DNA from: Camelus ferus
Taxonomy: Eukaryota
Length of the DNA: 64,000 nucleotides
Assembly: GCF_009834535.1 (NCBI RefSeq)
Contig: NC_045697.1
Location: forward strand, 95,854,001 to 95,918,000
Direction of reading: 5' to 3'
Position numbers and translations under genes: made by a program. Under the pieces are notes generated by a model. That model was not told the origin of the DNA and did no database searches. It saw only the letters and a list, made by a program, of their open reading frames with translations. This document shows positions 52,765 to 64,000 of this stretch, piece after piece (within the stretch, counting starts at the first letter, position 1; the number at the start of each line of letters is the position of its first letter).

Positions 52765-55700
52765 TCAAAAGAGGGATTAATAATTATACAATGATAAAGA
52801 GGTCAAACCAACAAGAAGATATAATACTTGCAAAATTGTATGCATCCAACATAGGAGTACATAAATAAGTAAAGAAAATATTCACAGACCTAAAGAGAAA
52901 ATTAGACAGGAATATAATATTAGTAAGGTACTTCAATCCCACTTTCAATAATGGATAGATCAGCCAGCCAGAAAATCAACATAACATTTGACTTAAACTA
53001 CACATTGAATTAGATGGACTTCACACACATTTACAGAATATTCTATCCAATAGCAGCAGAACGTAGATTCTTCTGAAGCACACATTGTATATTCTCCATG
53101 ACAGATTATATGTTAGGCCACAAAGAAATTCTTAATAAAGTTAAGAATATCAAAATATCAAAAATCTTTTCTGAGCATAATAGTATCAAACGAAAAATCA
53201 ATTACAAGGAGAAAACTGAAAAATGCACAAATACATAGAGATTAAACAACATGCTACTAAACAACCAATAGTTCAAAGAAGAAATCAAAACAGAAGTTAA
53301 AAAGGATTTTGAGACAAAAGAAAATGGAAATACAACATACCTGGAGCTGGGTTGCAGCAAAAGCAGTTCTAGGAGTTCCTAGCAATAAATGACTACAGTA
53401 AGAAAAAAGTAAGAGCTCAAACAATCCAACTTTACATCCAAAGTAAGAAAAAGAACAATCTAAGCACAAATGTAGTAGAAAAATGAACATAACAAAATCA
53501 AACCAGATATAAATAAGATAAAGAATAGAAAACCAATAGCAAAGATCAATGAGACTAAGACCTCCTTTTTTGATAAGATAAAGAAAATAGACAAACCCTT
53601 AGCAATACTTACTAAGAAAAAAGAGAACTCAAGTAAATAATATTAGAAACTGAAAGGGAAGATACTACAACTGATACTACAGAAATACAAAAGAATACTG
53701 ACTACTATGAACAATGATACACCAACAAATTAGACACCCTAGAAGAAATGAATAAATTCCTAGAAACAGATGACCCATCAAGATGTAATCATTAAGAATT
53801 AGAAAATCTGAGCACTAATTACCAATAAGGAGATTGAATCAGTAATCAGAAACCTTTCCAAAATGAAAATTTCAGTATCATAACTTCAGTGCTAAGTTCC
53901 ACCAAATAGCTAAAGAAAAATTAACACCAAACATTTTAAAACTCTTCTAAAAATAGAAGAGGAAGGAAGACTTCCAGTTCCATTTATGAGGCTAGCATTA
54001 TCCCAATACAAAAACTAGGCAAGCACAATACAAGAAAAGAAAATTACAGGTCAATATATCTGATAAATATAGATACAAAATCTTCCAAAAAAAAAAAAAA
54101 AACCCCACTAGCAAACCAAACTCAACAATACATTAAAAGAATCAGACACCAAAATCAAGTGGTATTTACTGCAAATCAACCAATGTAGTATACCACATTA
54201 ACACAATGAAGAGTAAAAAAAAAATGATTATTTTAACAGATGCAGAGGAAATGTCTGACAAAATTCACCACTCTTTCATGATAAAAACCCTCAACAAACT
54301 GGGAACTGATGGAATATAACTCAACATAATATATGATCAACCCACAGCTAACATCATACTCAACAGTGAAAAGCTGAAAGCTTTTCCTGTAAGATCAGAA
54401 ACAGAGCAAGGATGTCCACTCTCACCTCTTTTATTTCACATAGTACTTGCTAGCCAAAATAAACAAGAAAAAGAAATTACTCCAAATTGGAAAAAAAAAA
54501 ACTGTTTATTTGCAAATGGCATATTATATACAGAAAATCCTAAAGATTCCACAAAAAAAGTGATAGAACTAATAAATAAATTTAGTACATTTTCAGGATA
54601 TAAAATTAATATACAAAAATCAGTTGAAGTTCTAGATACTAACAACAAAGTATCAGAAAAAGAAACTAATTTATAACTGTATCAGAATAAAGTAACTAGG
54701 AATAAATTTAACCAGGAGATGCAAGATCTGTATATAGAGAACTATGACATTAATGAAAGAAATTGAGGAAGGTACAAACAAGTGGAAATACAACTGACCT
54801 TTGAACAACATGAGTTTGAACTGCACAGATCCACTTCTATGTGGCTTGTTTTTCAATAAATACATACTACAGTACTACACAATCTGTGGTTGGTTGAATT
54901 TGCAGATGCAGAATTGCAGATACCTAGGGCCAACTGTAATGTCACATGTGACTTTTCAACTGCACAGAAGTTGGTGTCTTTAATTCCTGTTTTAATCAAG
55001 GGTGAACTGTATATTCCATGCTCATTAATTGGAAGAATTAATATTGCTAAAATGTCCATGCTCCCCCAAACAATCTACAGATTCAATGCAATCCTTACCA
55101 AAATTCCAATGGCATTTTCACAGTAACAACAACAAAAAAAAAAACAAAAACAAAACACTAAAATTTACTTGGAACCACAAAGACTCCAAATAGCTAAAAT
55201 AGTCTTGAGACAGAATAACAAAGCTGGAAATATCACAGATCTTGATTTCAAGCTGTATTACAAAGCTATAGTAATGAAAACAGTATAGTATTACTATAAA
55301 AAACAGACACATAGATCAAAATAACAGAATAGAGAGCCCAGAAATAAGCCCATGCATATATAGTCAATTAATTTCCAAAAAAGGAGCCAAGAATATACAA
55401 TGAGGAAATGATAGGTTCTTCAATAAATAGTGTTAAAAACTGGACAGTCACATACAAAAATAATGAAATTGGACTTCTATCTTACACCAAACTCAACTCA
55501 AAATGCTTTAAGGCCTTGAACATAAGACCTGAAACCATAAAATTAGAAGAAAAATAGGTGGCAAGCACCTTGACATTGGTCTTGACAATGATATTTTGGA
55601 TTTGAAACCAAAAGTAAAGTCAATGAAAGCAAAAATAAATAAGTAGGCCTACATCAAAATAAAAAGCTTCTGCACAACAAAGAAAAAAATCCAAAAAAAT

Positions 55701-56262
55701 GTAAAGACAAACTACAGAATAAGAGAAAATATTTACAGATCACATTTCTGATAAGGGGTTAATTTACAGAATACACAAAGAACTCACAATTTAGTAGTAA
55801 AAGAACAAAGTGATGGAAAAAATACGCAGAGAAACTGAAGAGACATTTTTCAAAGACAACATACAAATAGCCAATGAAAAGATCCTCAACACCACTAATC
55901 AGAGAAATGAAAATCAAAACCACAGTGAGATAACCCCTTTACCTGTTAGAATGACAATCATTAAAAGGAAGCAAGATAACAAATATTTGGGAGGATATGG
56001 AGAAAAAGAAGCCCACACGCACTCTTTTTGGGAATGTAATTTAGTGCAGCCACTATAGAAAACAGTATAAAGCTTCCTCAAAAATTTAAAAATAGAGCTA
56101 ACACATGAGCCAGCGATTTCACTTTTGGGTGTACATTCAAAGGAAATAAAAACAGGATATCAAGAATATCTGTATCTCTCATGCTTATTGCAGTATTACT
56201 CACAATAACCAAGATATGGAGACAACCTAAGTGTTCATCAATAGATGAGTGGATAAGAAAAA
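52765..56262 (+). mobile_element. L1 (L1MA-like) decayed ORF2, endonuclease domain to C-terminus
   Basis: TATGCATCCAACATAGGAG, GATTATATGTTAGGCCACAAA, CCCACAGCTAACATCATACTCAA, CAATCTACAGATTCAATGCAATCC; many stops and frameshifts. Confidence 0.93.
54791..55009. mobile_element. Tigger2a/MER8-like TcMar MITE nested in L1
   Basis: Terminal inverted repeats CAACTGACCTTTGAA / TCAAGGGTGAACTG; TA duplication at 54789-54790 and 55010-55011. Confidence 0.88.
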
Positions 56263-57643
56263 CAGTAAAATAATAAATTCCTATTTCTTGACAGTAACAA
56301 AAGACTACAACCTAAAATTTGGCTATATTCTTTATCTTGGTTTTTTTTTCAATTGAAACAAAACTTATTTGATTTAACTTCATAATTCTAGCTTAATTTT
56401 AAATTGATGGCATTTGTTAATGTCTAATGTTTAGACATGTCAATCTCAGTGAAATCATAAGAAATTATATTTGTCCAGTTTTAATGAAAAATACTACCAT
56501 TATAAACAAGCACTGATTACATTCATATTTTTTAAAAATGAAGTAACATGCATTAGTCTTGTTACTTTGGGCTGTAAAATAACCTGTAATAGATTTTTCC
56601 CCATTAACACAGATATGGCTTTTTGAATATGTCATATATCTCAAGGACATGTGATTCAGCTTTTGTTTTTAAATGATTTGATTCTATTTTCCTGAATTGA
56701 AGAGCAAGTCTTTTTTTGCCTCTGAAAATCTCCTGTAATATTCTAAGAAAGTTGCAATGATATTTTACATTAGTGATTGTACAAAAAATTAGAGGTACAA
56801 TTGTGGCGGAGAAAACTAATTTTTTTGTATCACTTAATAGGGGTCACTAAGGTATAAGACAGCTCTTTAATTGCTAAAAATAGTAACATGATTTCAAATG
56901 ATTTTTATACTTTTGGCAATAATACAGAACATGTTAAAAAAAATAGTAATTATTACAAGTGTTATTTTATAGCTTAATTCTTATACCTGGCTTTCAAAAC
57001 ATACTCCATATATATTCTGTTAATATGATAATTGCTTTTAATAATGTTATTTTGTCATTAGTATTTTGGGGAGGAACTAACTTCTTAATACAAATAAGTA
57101 ATGTGTCATGACAATAATTTATTTACATAAATCCATCTTAGATTAGTTCTTCAAGATCACTTAATGATAAAAGCACAATAGCAATAAACTTTTTGACTTT
57201 GTGTTCTAAAAAATAGTTTGAGAAAATATTATGCAAACCTAAAATCTAAGTTCACTAAAATTAAAAATAAGATGGAAATTTTATGACAAAGCCACATGCT
57301 AACTTTTGGAAGTATTTCACTATTTTCATTTTTTCCCATTCACATATGCATCCTATTATTATGTATTTCTTTAGAAATATCTCACAGTTTTTCCTAAGAG
57401 AAATAAATGCTATAACTTTGTTAGTTATCCTTACTTCACATTATAAGGTAATATACTTCAAGAATTTTAGTGTTTTTCATTCATTTGATTAGAATCTCAT
57501 CCTGTGAAGTTACATTACAAAGTTACACAAAAGAAAGCAACAAAAAATAATTTACATGACAAAATTTTGGGTTAATTCTGAAGTACTCTATATTATTTTT
57601 TTTTTTTCTTTGAATTTGCTATAACAAATGTTAGTCTTCCTAC

Positions 57644-57778
57644 CAGAAAATCAAGTTGTCTTCAATTACATCAACCAATCAAATCAAGTATGTAAAGTAA
57701 TGGACTAAAGAGTGATCCACCCAGAATCTGCATGGCATCTATTCTGTTACATAATACATGAATTCTTCCGGACTATTT
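57644..57778 (-). pseudogene. Candidate decayed exon (135 bp)
   Basis: ATTTAG| and CTG|GTAGGA bounds; length divisible by 3; ...VDHSLVHYFTYLI*LVDVIEDNLIF(W). Confidence 0.3.
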
Positions 57779-59004
57779 CTAAATGTCTCTCAAATTAAGT
57801 TTTTGATTTGCATATGTACCTATTTATTTAAGAAAGGGTATGATGGCCTCTAGTGGTACAGACAAAAACACCAATGCTTACATTTTCAAAGCAATAACAA
57901 TAAAAATATTTTTAATGAAAATAAAATTTAAGTTCATGCATGTGTTGTCCACAGTGTATTGCAATTTTTGAAATAATTACTTTCAATGCATTCATGCAGA
58001 TAAACACTTGGTAAAATACACTCAATTGTCACATACATAAAGTGCATACTTACGTGTAAGTTATAAGGTTACTGAATATGTCTCAATGTAGGGGATATGA
58101 ATTATTGATGAACCAATGAGAATTTAAGAATTTTAGGAAATTTATTCATATTTTAAAGTATGCATTGAATATAGCTGTATTTGTGAAAAATCACAATAAC
58201 AATAACTGAGAATTTACTATGTACCAAGAACAGTGCTATTTTATATATAGTAGCATTTTTAACTTTACAACCAGATCAGTTCACACTGTTTTAACTCATG
58301 CTGATCTCTGTCTCTCTAGTTTTTCCTTTTCTAAAATATGTAACTTATATTTTACAACAAAGGAAACTAAGCCTTAATAATTTGTAGTTTAGGGCAACAG
58401 ACCATACTGTAAGGGCAAAGGCAGTTTTCACATCAGGTTTTCTGTCTCCTGAGCATAAAACCTCAAAACTATTTTTCATAAGCACTCAATATAATGGGGT
58501 GACATTTAAATATAGAGTATAAATAACTAGCTCATCAATCAAAATTGTGGCATTTTATGAGAATTAATAAAATAATGTAGAATATTATAATGGCATGATT
58601 TTTAATGTAAAAGCACATGTAATTTTTGAAAGACTATAATTTTAAAAACTTATTTGTTGTGCTTATGACATCAATCTCAATTTCAAATTATTTTTATAAA
58701 ATGCAAGACTCATTTTAATTTTTATACTGGACTTAATTGCTAACATACTTTAGGTCTCACCAAACATAAATAGTAAAAACAGAGATTTTGTTGCTATCTT
58801 ATTTAGGAGACAATTATTTTAACCACTGGATATTGTAAATGAAACACTAGTTTCCATTTTCTTAGGAATAACTAAAGAAGGATTTCCACAATTTTGCCAA
58901 GTTAGCATGCAACAATGGTCCTTCCCATCCTCCCTTTGCCTCTTCTTCTCTTTCCTTTTCTCTTCTCCTTACCTCCACCCCTTCCTTCCTTTTTGTTATG
59001 TCTA

Positions 59005-59570
59005 ATACTTTTATTATTTTTTAAAAATATACATGCATTAAAATTTACTGACCCTGGTGTACACATCTATGAGTTTAAGTACATACATAGGTTTGTCTAA
59101 TGACCACAATGATCAGAAGACAGAAGAAATCTACCACCCCCAAAATTCATCTGTGCTGCCTCTGTAGTCAACACTCCCTGCAGATCTAACCTCTGATACC
59201 CCCTAATCTCTCTTTCTATAGTGTTTCCTTCTCTAAAATATCATATAAAATGGGATCACAGTATGTAACATTTTGAGAATGGTTTCTTTCACTCAGCAAA
59301 ATGCCTTTGAGAGTCACCTCTGATACTGGGTTTATCAATAGTTTGTCCCTTTTTCTTGCTGGGTGTTTTGATACTGTATAGATGTACTACAGTTTGTTTA
59401 TCCATTCACCTGTTACAGGACTTCTGTGTTGTTAGTAGTTTACAGTGACTTGACGATACATTCATGCCCAGTTTACGTGAACATGTTTTCATTTCTATAA
59501 GGTAAATAGCTAGCTGGTGATACAGTAATTGCATTTCACTTGATGAGTCAAACTGATCTGCTTTTAATTT
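59005..59570 (-). mobile_element. Old L1 3'UTR (L1MB/MC-like)
   Basis: TATCATATAAAATGGGATCACAGTATGTAAC...TTTCACTCAGCAAAATGCC...CAGTTTGTTTATCCATTCACCTG. Confidence 0.8.
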
Positions 59571-60629
59571 CCTGATTCTCCTCTGAAAAAAATACTTCTC
59601 CAATCTATATTATTTTTCATTTTTGGTTCATTTTCTCTCAGCATCTCTACCAAAATTTCTAGCTTGTATTTAGGAGATTGCTTACTTCAGTGAAATTTCT
59701 AAATCTCCCTCTTGTCTTAATCATGGCTTTGAGATAGTCTCTATGTTCTTAGCTTTCTCTCGTATAAAGAGAAAATAGCATTGCTGGACAGGCTATTCTG
59801 TAACTTCTATACTTAATGTTTTCATTTATTTTGAAGAGCCACATAATCATTATCTTTTCACCTACACATAAAATAAATATTTTGGATATATAAATGCTTT
59901 CTTTTGATACATATAATTGGGCTGCTTTCTATATTGGATTTAGTTTTCATTAGTTTATTGGGTAGGGATAGACATGGGATATATAAAGAAGGGATACATA
60001 CATTATTTTGAAATACTTACTTAGTGGTTCTTTTGATTATTCTCATAGGCTATTAAAGGGGTCACTGTAGGTTGGGGGAGGGAAGAGATGCTGTTAAACT
60101 GAATGGAATGACAGCCTTCATTGGAGAAGCTGTCTACAGCCTTCAGTATTGCAGTAATGATAATGAACAATATAATGTCTTAATAACCATCCCACTGGCT
60201 ATTAAAATGTGGCATCGCACATTAAAATGACTGTACCACTCTACTCTTGCAGAAATACTCAGGAAATATGCAGCTCCTCAAAAGTTTTCTGCTGTTAGTG
60301 GTAACCCGTGATTTTCGTATGAGTTCTTACTTTTCAAACATCCTGCTTAAAAAATTCTCCCCATCTCTATGTTATCTCTCTGTTTATCTATCTTTATATA
60401 TATGCAAATTCATATATGTGTGCATACATCAGTCATTTTAATAAGACTTTTTTTTTACTACGGATCCTGTTAGATGGCTTGAAGAGATAAATCAATAGCA
60501 TAGTAGCATAGTAATCTGTGCTCATTGTGCTAGAATTCAGAATATTAAATTACCCTGAGAAAGTTGTTTTGCTCCTATAATGTGGAAAGATGTAGCCTAT
60601 AGTTCTGAATTTTAATAGCCTACACAGAC

Positions 60630-60724
60630 CAGCATGAATTTGCAGACACTACTAGACTATGATCATCTCCTTAGCTTCTGCCTCATTCAAATCTCTCATC
60701 CTCAAGGGCAACAATGTCTTGGAA
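60630..60724 (-). pseudogene. Candidate decayed exon (95 bp)
   Basis: TCATTCTAG| acceptor; SKTLLPLRMRDLNEAEAKEMIIV**CLQIHA; weak donor. Confidence 0.3.
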
Positions 60725-61065
60725 CTAGAATGATGCTTATTTTTCCTAATGTCTATTTAAATTCTTTTAAATATCTAAATGATACAGTGGCCTAAAATAA
60801 ATAAACATTTAGGGTCTCCAAAATTCATATACTAGATTAAGTCATTGCTGAAAAAACAAAACAAGTCTATGCAAAAATTTAAAGTTCAAGTTTGGAACTA
60901 TGGATGGATAAATGAAATCTTTTTATAATGTCTGAATTGTAGTTGTTAAAGGAAATTTGGATTAACACTTTGAAGAGGTCTACTTTCACACAGAATTGAT
61001 ACTCCACATAAAAAAATTAATAACTTTGACTAGATATAAAATCACACAAAATAAAAGTTAGACAG

Positions 61066-61448
61066 TACTATGGAGTGATCTGTGTTCCCCCAAAATTCAT
61101 ATGTTGAAGTTGTAACTCCCAAAGGGATTGTATTTGGAGATACGGATTCTAAGGAGATAGTTTAGGTTAAATGAGGTCATATAAGTGGGACTGTAAATGT
61201 AATAGGACTGATATCCTTATAAGAGGGAGAGACAGCAGTGGTGCGCATGCAGAGAGAGAGGTCATGTGAGGACACAGTAAGAAGATGACCACTTACAAGC
61301 CAGCAGAGAGGCCTGAGGAGAATCCAAATCTTCAGTTAACTTGATCTTGAACTTCTAGGCTCCAGAACTGTGAAAAAAATAAACTTCTGTTGGTTAAGCC
61401 ACCCAATCTTCTGGTATGTTATTATGACAACCCTAGAAGACTAATACA
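61066..61448 (+). mobile_element. MaLR solo LTR (MLT1B-like)
   Basis: TGTGTTCCCCCAAAATTCATATGTTGAAG...GTTAAATGAGGTCAT...CTCCAGAACTGTGA...GACTAATACA. Confidence 0.9.
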
Positions 61449-61499
61449 GAAGGAATATCAGTATAGTGGATTTTAAACCGTGTCATGAACAAGTCTCAG

Positions 61500-61733
61500 T
61501 GTTAGGACATCGCTGTTTGAGACTCTGGCAGGATGAAAGTCTTTTGTAGAAGCTTAGGTAAAGGGGTTTCTGTCATTGACATAGGAACACTGTTGGTGTT
61601 CTAAGCAGACTTTCGTGGTTCCTTATTTTCTGCCAAAAGCTGTTTCTCAAGCCTTCTCTGTAATTTATTCTTTTCCAATACTTTATTTTCCAATTTAAGA
61701 TAACACAATTTTGTTGAACAAAAGAAACTCTGA
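61500..61733 (-). pseudogene. Candidate decayed exon (coiled-coil-like)
   Basis: TTTCCTTTGTCCTAG| acceptor; ...CYLKLENKVLEKNKLQRRLEKQLLAENKEPRKSA*NTNSVPMSMTETPLPKLLQKTFILPESQTAMS*; 3' boundary uncertain. Confidence 0.45.
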
Positions 61734-62779
61734 CTAGGACAAAGGAAATTATCACAAATAATTTGCAAAATAAAAAGTAAAGATTGTTAAATTTGGAGTA
61801 ATGACTTTTGGTTACTGCATGTAGCAAATATATGTATGTGTTTAGACATAGAGTAGTCATAGTTTATACTATTATTATTTCTTTGCATTTGTATTATCTC
61901 ATGTAAATTAACTGGTCATTAACAATTTGTAAATTTATTCCATGATTATTTATTGATTGCTTATAAAAATTCAGGCACTGTGTCAGCTTCTATATTTCTG
62001 TAGTGAATAAGCATAGGTAAAGCCCTTACGGATCTCACAGCCCAATACAGAATTTACACTTGACAATTCATTATAAATAATACAAATACATTTTTCCTAG
62101 CAGACATTTATTTGTTTTTTAATATTTTGATTAAATATAGTATTATATATCTGTGTATACAAATTCAGATATACATTTTAATTAATTTCTAAGAATTTTC
62201 AAGAAAAAATATAGGAATGAAGGGTATGAAATGTTATAGTTCTTGGTAAATACTTGAAAATTATTAATGAGAAAGTACAATCTGGTAAATATAATGAGAA
62301 CATCCATCTCACTGCATGCTAGACAAGAACGAAAGTTAACAAATTGTTTGCCAATTTGTGACCTTTTCATGATTTCTCTAATTATTTCTAGTGAGTTGAA
62401 TTGCACTCATTTAAAAATAATTCTATTTCCTTTCACTGTCTACTTAGAAATTTCACACAATTTAATTGTAGTCTTCATAATTTTTAATTTTTATGTAAAT
62501 TATTTAATAACAATGTCTTTAGTTGATATATTTGTGGCAAACAGAGTTCCCATTCACTCATCATTTTCAAGATTTTAGTTACCTTGCCTAACTCATTTAT
62601 AACAAATTTGAATCAGTATTATAAAATAAGAATTTACTTTTATAACTATAATTAATCCTATATTTCCTAGTCTTTAAATTTGGGATTTACTTCCTAATTG
62701 AACAATATAATTTTCTCCTGCAATAATCGTTTCTTCAGTAAAAGTTATACAGTTTAACATAGTTTTTAACTAATATATA

Positions 62780-63735
62780 TGTAAGTTGGGGTCTTCTAAG
62801 AAGTAGATACCAAGACAGGATTAAAATTAACAGATTTTAGGCCCCTTTTTGCTCCCTCCTCTTTGGAGACGGCCCGCACGCTGTTTGTAGAGTGTGCACC
62901 TACCTTTATTTTAACCTGAGTACCCAATTCCCACACCTCTTTCTTTGCCTTTCTCTTGCCTTACACTCTATGCAGTGTGTATCTCTCTAAATAAATCTAC
63001 CTTTACTCAAAAAAAAAAAAAAAAAAAAGCACAGATTTGATATTAGGAGAAGTGCTTGTGTGAGGCAAATTAGGGAAAGAGCCAGGTAAGACTAGAAGAG
63101 CCTCAGACAGTGACAAAAGTATGATACTAAGTGAAGGAAAGACAGAGAGATGGTTGGGAAGAATCCTCCTAAACTTGCACAGTTTAAGAAGTTTTGGCAA
63201 AGCCCTCAGGGAGTTCTAGAACCCAAAAAAGACCTATCAGGCACTGTGCTTCAGTCTCTGTGCTGGGGGATGCAAGATTCAGCCCTTGTCTTTTACTTTG
63301 GAGGGAATATCTTAGCACACTCCTGGTCACTGGAACCTTAACAATTCCATGTAAATGACTTGATACTTTTTTTTTTTTTAATGTGCAAGGACTTTAGTAG
63401 GGAAAATGGCCATGTGAGAGCCACCAGTAAGACTGCAAAGCAAACCACACCCTGAGGAAAGAAGGAGAGAAGACCTGGAGAACGTGGCTGCTGTGCAGTC
63501 TAAGAAAGGTCCAACAAGGTGCTGGGGAATGTTCAAGCCAAGATCAGCCATCAAACCTGTGTCTCCTAGAAATGAATTTGCCTTGGTATCCCTGGAGTCG
63601 TCATACTTAGACTGGGAAGCCTGGCCTTAGTGCAAATATCTCAATGAGTTTCAGAGCACAGAGACTGGGGCCCTTGATCAATGACACTTCCTGTAATGGA
63701 GGTCTGCAAGGTGCATTCTCATGGACACCACAACA
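62780..63735 (-). mobile_element. ERVL LTR16-like sequence, apparently two adjacent copies (~62780-63350 and ~63385-63735)
   Basis: GTTGGGGTCTTCTAAGAAGTAGATACCAAGACAGGATT start; the motif CAGT(T/C)TAAGAA...GG(G)A(G/A)T..C..G..C.AA occurs in both halves. Confidence 0.6.
62838..63028 (+). mobile_element. Polyadenylated retrocopy of an ERV LTR R-like region
   Basis: AATAAA at 62990-62995; poly(A) at 63009-63028; imperfect TSD AAAA..ACAGATTT; TT/AAAA target site. Confidence 0.7.
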
Positions 63736-63784
63736 CATCCTACAGTATTAGCATGTACATGTTTAATATCAAAATATGTATAAC

Positions 63785-63998
63785 ATGGTCTATGAAGTCA
63801 GACAGGTACAAGATTAAATCCTACTTCAACCAATTTTAGTGGTATGAACATAAATTAAGTAATTTACATCTCTAAGATCATTTCCCCAGATGAATAAATG
63901 GATATAACAGCACTGTACTACAAGAGGAATAAATAAATAATATGCAAAATATCTGGTTCAGAGTAGGTAAAAAAGATAAATATTATGCCATATTAGCT
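63785..63998 (+). mobile_element. MIR SINE (degenerate)
   Basis: GAAGTCAGACAG...AAATCC...AAGTAATTTACATCTCT...AATGGATATAACAG. Confidence 0.6.
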
Positions 63999-64000
63999 CT

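Noticed and set aside
52765..56262. Functional L1 ORF2 (also 23741-26995 and 41633-41818)
   Set aside because: Truncated, with many stops, frameshifts and nested insertions
1..64000. CRISPR arrays, rRNA/tRNA genes, prokaryotic operons
   Set aside because: No regularly spaced repeat-spacer structure or recognisable structural RNA; the sequence is mammalian

Overview
AT-rich eutherian genomic DNA with no intact protein-coding, rRNA, tRNA or CRISPR feature that I can support. The repeat content (young cetartiodactyl-type L1 3' ends, a Tigger2a-like MITE, no Alu/B1/Bov-A/PRE1-type SINEs noticed) suggests a cetartiodactyl, possibly a camelid; this is inference. A large part of the window is interspersed repeat: L1, L2, MIR, MaLR/ERVL LTRs, hAT/Tigger DNA transposons and two young ERV1-type solo LTRs. 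Main observations: (1) many splice-bounded, protein-like but stop-interrupted segments, all on the minus strand from ~61.7 kb to ~9.7 kb, suggesting an unidentified decayed multi-exon gene; (2) a small CpG-containing promoter-like island at ~42.4-42.7 kb with ZNF143/THAP11-like, E-box and YY1-like motifs; (3) two same-orientation solo LTRs that mimic a provirus but have different TSDs; (4) a poly(A)-tailed retrocopy of an LTR R region; (5) two short L1s with apparent 3' transductions. Repeat family names come from my memory of consensus sequences, not a database search. Boundaries of old repeats are approximate.
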